Below the pieces are notes generated by a model. The model ran no database searches, was not told the DNA's origin, and worked only from the letters and a program-made list of their open reading frames with translations. A program made the translations under genes and the position numbers. Positions 58,248 to 64,000 of a stretch of DNA of 64,000 bases are shown here, one piece after another. Every line of letters starts with the position of its first letter. The first letter of the stretch is position 1. Origin of the DNA: Acidobacteriota bacterium (lineage in GTDB: Bacteria; Acidobacteriota; Vicinamibacteria; Vicinamibacterales; UBA2999); NCBI GenBank assembly GCA_021731165.1, contig JAKFXY010000004.1, positions 640-64,639 on the forward strand. The letters run 5' to 3'.

Positions 58248-59507
58248 ATGTCAACACTGCTGATTGAGGGCGGCCATCGTCTCGAAGGACGAGTCGCGGT
58301 TGAGGGGAACAAGAACGCCGCGCTCCCCCTATTGGCGGCGTGCCTGCTGACGGAAGACGAGTGCGTGCTGACCAACGTACCGCGCATCGGCGACGTCGAG
58401 GTGATGGCGCGGCTGCTGCTCGATCTCGGTGCCGAAGTCGAAGGCATCGGCGGCACCACACTCCGGATCCGAACGCCGAGGGTGACCGGGCACGTACCCG
58501 ATCGCGCGCTGGTCGGCCGTCTTCGCGGTTCCGTACTGCTGCTCGGGCCGCTGCTCGCGCGGGCGGGGAAGGCGCGGCTCGCGCCGCCGGGCGGCGACTT
58601 TCCGGCGCGGCGTTCGATCTCCACGCACCTCGACGCGCTCTTCGCGCTGGGTGCGCGCGAGGTCGCGGGGCCGGACCACGCGGTTGAGGCACCGGCCGGG
58701 CTCACGGGCGCGTCGATGTATCTCTTCGAGGCGTCTGTCACCGGCACGGAGACCGCGCTCCTCGCGGCGGCCAGCGCCAGAGGTGTCACGGAGATCCGCC
58801 ACGCCGCCACCGAGCCGCACGTCGTGGAGCTCTGCCAGTTCCTGACCAAGATGGGCGCCGGTGTCACGGGCATCGGCAGTTCGACGCTGCGCGTCGAGGG
58901 GACGTCACGCCTGCGCGGCGCGCAGCACCACATCAACGGGGACTACATCGAGGCCGGCAGCTGGGCGGTGGTTGGGGCGATCACCGGCGGAGAGATCGCC
59001 ATTGAGGGGGCGCGAGAGGAAGACATCGAGGTTGTGGCCGCCGTACTGACGCGCATGAGGGTCGACTGCGGCATGCGCGACGGCGTCTTCGAGGTGAAGC
59101 CATCGAAGCCGAAGGCCATCAAGCGGATTACGACCGGACTGTGGCCGGCCTTCCCGAGCGACTTGGTCAGCCTCGTGACTGTGCTGGCGACCCAGGCCGA
59201 AGGACGGACGCTGGTGCACGACTGGATGTACGAGCTTCGCCTGTTCGCACTCGAACAAATGAGCGGCATGGGCGCTGACATGTTCCTCGCCGACGCCCAC
59301 CGCATCATCGTCACCGGGCGTACACCGCTGCGCGGCGGCCGCTTGCTCGATAGCCGCGATCTCCGCTCGGGGATGTCGCTGATTGCCGCCGGTCTCGCCG
59401 CGGATGGACAGACGCGCGTCACGCCGCTCGAGACCGTCGAACGCGGCTACTCGCAGCTGGTGGATCGCCTCCAGGCGCTTGGCGCGAAGGTTGCGAAGGT
59501 GGACTGA
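58248..59507 (+). CDS. murA: UDP-N-acetylglucosamine 1-carboxyvinyltransferase (Asp117 variant)
   Basis: GNKNAALP, LRGSVLLLGPLLAR, PGGDFPARR, SVTGTE, EPHV, FPSDL, DLRSG, ERGY. Confidence 0.94.
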   Translation: MSTLLIEGGHRLEGRVAVEGNKNAALPLLAACLLTEDECVLTNVPRIGDVEVMARLLLDLGAEVEGIGGTTLRIRTPRVTGHVPDRALVGRLRGSVLLLGPLLARAGKARLAPPGGDFPARRSISTHLDALFALGAREVAGPDHAVEAPAGLTGASMYLFEASVTGTETALLAAASARGVTEIRHAATEPHVVELCQFLTKMGAGVTGIGSSTLRVEGTSRLRGAQHHINGDYIEAGSWAVVGAITGGEIAIEGAREEDIEVVAAVLTRMRVDCGMRDGVFEVKPSKPKAIKRITTGLWPAFPSDLVSLVTVLATQAEGRTLVHDWMYELRLFALEQMSGMGADMFLADAHRIIVTGRTPLRGGRLLDSRDLRSGMSLIAAGLAADGQTRVTPLETVERGYSQLVDRLQALGAKVAKVD

Positions 59508-59520
59508 TGGAGCCGCGGCT

Positions 59521-61323
59521 CTAGCGGGCCGGTGCGCCACCTGAGGGCGGCGGTACGACCGGAACAATCGGGGCAGCGCCAGGGCGCTGCGCTGGTGGTT
59601 GTTGCGCCTCAGGTGGGGTCGGCAGCTGCAAGGGAGGCTGGATCGGGAGGTCAATGACCGACGCCGCTGGATCGGTCCCGACGCGGAACGGCCGCAGATC
59701 GGACTCCGAAAGGTCCAGCACGCGAATGATGTGCGGCGTCAGCGTGAGGACGATGTCGGTTTCCTGCGTTTCGCGCTTGGTGTGCGCGAAGAGCCTGCCG
59801 ACAAACGGGATATCGCTCAAGCCGGGAATCCCCTGGACGACCTTTCGCTCGTCGTCACGAATCAGGCCGGCGAGCAGGTTCGTCTCTCCGTCGCGCAGTC
59901 GGATCACCGTATTGATGGCGCGGTTGCCGAACGTGGGCAGCCCTCCGAACCCGGTGCCGGAGATGCTGCTGACTTCCACTCGTACCGCCAGCGACACCTC
60001 GTCGTCATGGTGGGTGCGCGGCGTGATGTCGATATTCACGCCGATGTTCTCGTAGTTGAACGAAGTAATTGGCTGCTGGTTCACTCCGCCGGTGGCGATG
60101 GGGGAGAAGGTCGTGACCGGCACCGGTACGCGCTCGCCGAACCGCGCCTGCGAGGTCTGGCCCTCGGATGTCCGGAGCTGGGGGTTGGCCAGCGTTCGTG
60201 TGTTGCTGTCTGTCTTCAAGAGCCGGTAGAACAGGCCCGGCAGGTTCGTCATCAGGATGTCAGACTGCGCGAGGTTTCTGACGTCGCGTAGAGTGAGCCC
60301 TTCCGAGTTGGCATCGGCCGCACCGTTGATCCCAGGGGAGCCTGGCGAGGCGAGCTGGAGGCCGTACTCGCTGAGCCTCGTGCGGTCAACTTCCAACAGC
60401 TCAACATCGATGACGACCTCGGGCCGGGCCTTGTCGATCGCCGAGATGAGCTTGCCGGCGGCCGCGATGCGTTCAGGCGTGTCCTTGATCGAGATGGCGT
60501 TGGTGGCCGTCGTCGGCGCGATGCGTCGGCTGTCGATCACGATCCGGAGCAGGTCGATCGTCTCCTTGAGGTCGGCGTTGCTCAGATAGAACGTGCGGAT
60601 GATCTCTTCCTCGTATTCGCGGCGCTTGGCGGGATTGTCGGGGATCACCGTAATCGTCCGCTGCGCCGTTACCTTATAGAAGTTCCTGGTCGCCTGCGAG
60701 ATCGATGTCAGCGCCTCGTCCAGGGCGGCGTTTCGGAGGTCGATCGTCAGCGGTTCCTCGCGGAACGTCGGGTCGAAGACGATATTGACGTTTGCAAAGC
60801 GCGCGATCGCCGTATACACGTCGCGTGAACCCGCGCCGCGAAATATGAGCGACGAAGGGAGCCGCACATCAGCGGGCAGGTCCATGCCTGGAGGGCCCAT
60901 GGTCCGGGAACGCTCGATGAGCGATTCGAGCCGTGTCTGGCCTTCGCGTGCGACAGCGACCTTGGCCCGCTGCTGATTGCGTACATCGCGGAGGAGCCCG
61001 TCAATATCGCCGCTGGCGGGGTTCAACTCCGACGCCACCTGCAGCTCAACGAGGGCCTCGTCCAGTTTTCCGGTTGATGCCAGGCGGCGTCCACGGGAGA
61101 AGTGATCCTGTGCGGCCCGCATCTTGGCGCGGTCGAGGGCCTGGCGCACTGCCCGGTTGTCGGGCTGCGCCTTGAGCACCTTGGTGTACTCGATGACGGC
61201 GCGGTCGTAGTCCTGGGCCTGCTCGGCGCGCTGGCCGGAACGGATCGCGCCGCCAGTGGCGCATCCGGCCAGGGTCAAGGCGAGCGCCGCCATGGGCGCA
61301 AATCGGCTAATTTGGTGTGCCAT
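59521..61323 (-). CDS. Lipoprotein-type secretin (GspD/PilQ family) with N-terminal TPR
   Basis: Lipobox LAGC, TPR helices, secretin N domain, LANPQLRT, G.RVP, NIGVNIDITP, LRDGETNLLAGLI, IPGLSDIPFVGRLF, LTPHII. Confidence 0.9.
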   Translation of the reverse strand: MAHQISRFAPMAALALTLAGCATGGAIRSGQRAEQAQDYDRAVIEYTKVLKAQPDNRAVRQALDRAKMRAAQDHFSRGRRLASTGKLDEALVELQVASELNPASGDIDGLLRDVRNQQRAKVAVAREGQTRLESLIERSRTMGPPGMDLPADVRLPSSLIFRGAGSRDVYTAIARFANVNIVFDPTFREEPLTIDLRNAALDEALTSISQATRNFYKVTAQRTITVIPDNPAKRREYEEEIIRTFYLSNADLKETIDLLRIVIDSRRIAPTTATNAISIKDTPERIAAAGKLISAIDKARPEVVIDVELLEVDRTRLSEYGLQLASPGSPGINGAADANSEGLTLRDVRNLAQSDILMTNLPGLFYRLLKTDSNTRTLANPQLRTSEGQTSQARFGERVPVPVTTFSPIATGGVNQQPITSFNYENIGVNIDITPRTHHDDEVSLAVRVEVSSISGTGFGGLPTFGNRAINTVIRLRDGETNLLAGLIRDDERKVVQGIPGLSDIPFVGRLFAHTKRETQETDIVLTLTPHIIRVLDLSESDLRPFRVGTDPAASVIDLPIQPPLQLPTPPEAQQPPAQRPGAAPIVPVVPPPSGGAPAR

Positions 61324-61969
61324 CGGTGATGACGTCGACGCCGCGCGGAATACGAAACGCAAACTCCTTATCGGACAACCCCAGGTTTTCCTTCAGATTG
61401 GTGAAGATGAGGGTTGATTCGCCCCCCTGCCGGTCCCGCGTCGTCAGGGCGCGCCACGTGAGGGTGGCCGGGTCTACGGCAATCACGAGGTACTCGTACT
61501 GGGGTTCCTCCCGCCTCGGAATGAGCTTGAGAGCGAGGGTGCCGGGCACCGGCGATTCAACGTACGACGCGGTAAAGTCGCGTCCGATGTCTCCCTTGCC
61601 AGCCAGGAAGAGGGCCGGCGTCGTAGCCTGATCCTCCGTGGGGACCGGGGTGACAATCACTTGTCTGTCGAGCGGGATGTACGAGTAGACCTTTACGCCG
61701 TCGGAGACGAACTCCTTCTTCTCCGGAGCCATGTAGATAAACCGCATCCTCCCGGGCTTCTTCACCGAGACCGTCCCCTGTTCCTTGGTCTGCGTACGGA
61801 GCGCCCCGCCGCGATAGGTGTGTACGAAATCGGCGGAGAAATCGCGTACCCCTTGGTACCGCTGCTGGAGCGAGCGGGCAAGCGCTTCGGCCGAGGGCCG
61901 GGTCTGCGCCGAAACGAGGCCACCGGAGAGAGCGAGGACCAAGGCGAAGAACGGCAGACGGCTCACCAT
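61307..61969 (-). CDS. lolA: Outer-membrane lipoprotein carrier protein LolA
   Basis: Signal peptide, FSADF.H.Y, KKPGRMR..Y, VSDG.KVY.Y, TPALFL.G, F.F.IP.GVDV. Confidence 0.9.
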   Translation of the reverse strand: MVSRLPFFALVLALSGGLVSAQTRPSAEALARSLQQRYQGVRDFSADFVHTYRGGALRTQTKEQGTVSVKKPGRMRFIYMAPEKKEFVSDGVKVYSYIPLDRQVIVTPVPTEDQATTPALFLAGKGDIGRDFTASYVESPVPGTLALKLIPRREEPQYEYLVIAVDPATLTWRALTTRDRQGGESTLIFTNLKENLGLSDKEFAFRIPRGVDVITDGTPN

Positions 61970-62014
61970 AGAACCATAGCACGCGAGTCATGGCCCGGAC
62001 CCAGGCCTGAGCCC

Positions 62015-63301
62015 TCACATTCTGGCGCGTTTGCGTGCGACGAATGCCCGGACCTCATCCACACCACGCGCATTCAGTACATGGCGCGGCTCAACCCAGC
62101 CGCGGCGTGCCGTGCCTGTGCCGAAGCCCATCTGCCGGCCCAGCCATTCCGCACGATGCGCGTCGCTGCTGACGGTGAGTGTGACTCCGGCCAGAGCGGC
62201 CAGACGGGCCACTGAGCCGTCCATGTCCAAGTGGCCGGGCGCACCGTCGATCTCCATCGCCGTCCCGGTGGAGACAGCCGCGTCGAACAGCCGCGCAAAG
62301 TCGAGATCGTAGCCGCTTGATCGCGCGGGCGAACGGTTGGCGGGATGGGTAATGACGTTCACGAGCGGGTGATGCATGGCCCGGAGGTAACGCCCCGTCA
62401 GGCTCGCACCGTCCTGGCCGGCCTCGTCGTGGAGCGATGCCAGCACGATGTCGAGGTCTTGGAGCAGCGAATCATCAAAGTCGAGACTACCATCCGGCAT
62501 GATGTCGACCTCGACGCCGTGCAGAATCTGGATACCCACCACGCGCAGTCGCAGCGACTCGATTTCGGCTTTCTGCCGCGCCACATCCGCCACGGCGAGC
62601 GTACGTGACGCTGCGGCACGTTCGGAATGGTCCGTGATGGCCACGTACTCGTAGCCGAGCTGCTGGGCTGCGCCCACCATATCCTCGAGTGAATCTCGGC
62701 CGTCACTCCAACTGCTGTGCACGTGGAGGTCTCCCCGGATATCGCTCTCATAGACCAGACGGGGCAGCCGCTCCCGGAGCGCCGCGTCGATCTCATCAGT
62801 TCCATGGCGAAGCTCGGGAGGAATATGTGGCAGGCCAAGCAGCTCGTAGAAGTGGGCCTCCGTCCGGCACTCGACGACAGTCCTTCCGCGGAGGAGCGCG
62901 GGGGAATCGAACGCAAGTCCATGGTCCACGGCTTTTGCGCGTAGCAGGGCGAGGTGATCGTCTGCACCCGTGTGCCAAGCGAGGGCGCTGCCCGCGCTCT
63001 CAGGCGTTGCCAGGTGCAGGGTCAGAGCGCCGCGCTCGGTCGTGAGGCTGCGCGCGCGGGATGACGTCGCCGAGGTGGTTGTCACGATCGATAACGTCGT
63101 GAACCCTTTCAGGACTTGTGCGTGCTTCGATTCCGGGGCGATGACGAGGAGGGCGACGTCTTCCAGCTCTGGAGCAAATCGTCGAAGACCGCCGACGTGG
63201 TGGAGCTCATCGAAGGGCAGCCCAGCGCGGCGAGCCTCACGCGCGACTGTCGATGCGAGGAGGTGCGCGCGTCCGAGGGAAATGCGTGAGGAGAAGGACA
63301 C
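62015..63301 (-). CDS. N-terminally truncated, polymerase-degenerate PolX fused to a PHP domain
   Basis: PolX palm/thumb remnants (GGLRR, HTG...H, LGLPHIPPELR) and intact PHP motifs (GDLHVHS.WSDG, ITDHS, GVEVDI, HP, SSDAH). Confidence 0.85.
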   Translation of the reverse strand: MSFSSRISLGRAHLLASTVAREARRAGLPFDELHHVGGLRRFAPELEDVALLVIAPESKHAQVLKGFTTLSIVTTTSATSSRARSLTTERGALTLHLATPESAGSALAWHTGADDHLALLRAKAVDHGLAFDSPALLRGRTVVECRTEAHFYELLGLPHIPPELRHGTDEIDAALRERLPRLVYESDIRGDLHVHSSWSDGRDSLEDMVGAAQQLGYEYVAITDHSERAAASRTLAVADVARQKAEIESLRLRVVGIQILHGVEVDIMPDGSLDFDDSLLQDLDIVLASLHDEAGQDGASLTGRYLRAMHHPLVNVITHPANRSPARSSGYDLDFARLFDAAVSTGTAMEIDGAPGHLDMDGSVARLAALAGVTLTVSSDAHRAEWLGRQMGFGTGTARRGWVEPRHVLNARGVDEVRAFVARKRARM

Positions 63302-63400
63302 GGCGCCACGATCTTATCCACGATGGGCAGGGAATTCACGGTCCCGTTTCAGCGATACTAGGCTTGCGCATCGCGGATTGGGGGGATAGGCACGACCGGC

Positions 63401-63823
63401 ATGGTTACGAGGCTGATGGGGAAGCGGCTCGCACTTGGCTTGTGGACGCTGGTTATCCTGATGGCTGTCGTTCCCTGGCGAAACTATACCGATCACGTGC
63501 ACTGGGGCTGGGTACAGTGGATTCCCTTCACCACGCCGCCGGTGAAAGCGAGGGACATCATTGCCAATATCCTGATATACGTTCCCTTCGGCTACCTCTA
63601 TGCACGGCAGCGCGCCGGGTGCCGTCGGGCATGGAGAATTATCGGTTATGCTGCCACCCTTTCTCTGGCCACTGAAGCGACGCAGCTGTTCAGCCACACG
63701 CGGTTCCCTTCTTCGGGCGACTGGGTCTGCAACGTGACCGGTGCGTGGATGGGGATGAAGCTGGCGACCTTCGCCTGGAACCAGAGCGAAGGTTGGTGGA
63801 CGGCAGGAGGATCGAACTCCTGA
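63401..63823 (+). CDS. VanZ-like membrane protein
   Basis: WIPF....DIIANILIYVPFG, SLATEATQLF...R.....D..CN..GA. Confidence 0.85.
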   Translation: MVTRLMGKRLALGLWTLVILMAVVPWRNYTDHVHWGWVQWIPFTTPPVKARDIIANILIYVPFGYLYARQRAGCRRAWRIIGYAATLSLATEATQLFSHTRFPSSGDWVCNVTGAWMGMKLATFAWNQSEGWWTAGGSNS

Positions 63824-63869
63824 CCTCTGCATTGCGAACGCAGCGCTCTCCCAGCTGAGCTAGCCGCCC
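63794..63869 (-). tRNA. tRNA-Ala (anticodon CGC)
   Basis: GGGCGGCTAGCTCAGCTGGGAGAGCGCTGCGTT-CGC-AATGCAGAGGTCAGGAGTTCGATCCTCCTGCCGTCCACCA; 76 nt cloverleaf, G3-U70 Ala identity pair, encoded CCA. Confidence 0.97.
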
Positions 63870-63886
63870 GTTATTGAAGAAAAATC

Positions 63887-63916
63887 AGTGTAACACGACG
63901 ATCTTGTGGCTCGCAA
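63887..63916 (-). promoter_or_regulatory. Putative tRNA promoter (TTGCGA-N18-TACACT, extended -10 TG)
   Basis: Hexamers about 18 nt upstream of the tRNA 5' end. Confidence 0.55.
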
Positions 63917-64000
63917 CGCGACAAAGTCGTCTGGCGACACCATCGCGGTGATTGGCTATACTCCACGCAGCCTCTCGCGTTCCCGCATCGCATGCCCACG

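Noticed and set aside
63314-63832. 172-aa minus-strand ORF as the missing PolX N-terminus
   Set aside because: No PolX lyase or HhH motifs; it is antisense to the vanZ-like gene.

Overview
GC-rich (roughly 65%, by eye), gene-dense bacterial chromosome segment made up mostly of core genes. The gene repertoire (acidobacterial-type VWA protein, TPR-secretin, TonB, DUF3108 fusion) suggests Acidobacteriota, probably Vicinamibacterales-like; this is an inference. From left to right: an ECF sigma/ZAS anti-sigma/Spy/TolC/MFP/RND envelope-stress locus interrupted by ispH; pckA-gatB-membrane protein-ftsEX; rnr, tatA, VWA, tonB; groESL with a CIRCE element; purC; nrdR and an NtrYX-like pair; a second GT-C-like membrane protein; an orphan TRAP-binding protein and ftcD; a long + strand run (pgpA, cinA, plsY, gpsA, ftsY, ribDE-BA, ffh, rpsP, khpA, rimM, trmD, rplS, rnhB); a peptidoglycan recycling/synthesis cluster (divergent GHMP kinase; nagZ-ldcA-mpl-pxpBC-murB-murA); secretin-lolA; a truncated PolX-PHP; vanZ-like; and tRNA-Ala(CGC). 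I saw no CRISPR array, rRNA, transposase or integrase. The best candidate for an undescribed system is the peptidoglycan-recycling cluster: it has an unassigned GHMP sugar kinase, an embedded PxpB-PxpC fusion and a Cys-to-Asp (fosfomycin-insensitive type) MurA. Also notable are tandem non-canonical start codons in plsY and gpsA, back-to-back leaderless promoters, and two paralogous GT-C-like membrane enzymes with different C-terminal domains. All protein calls come from recognising motifs by eye; no database search was run.
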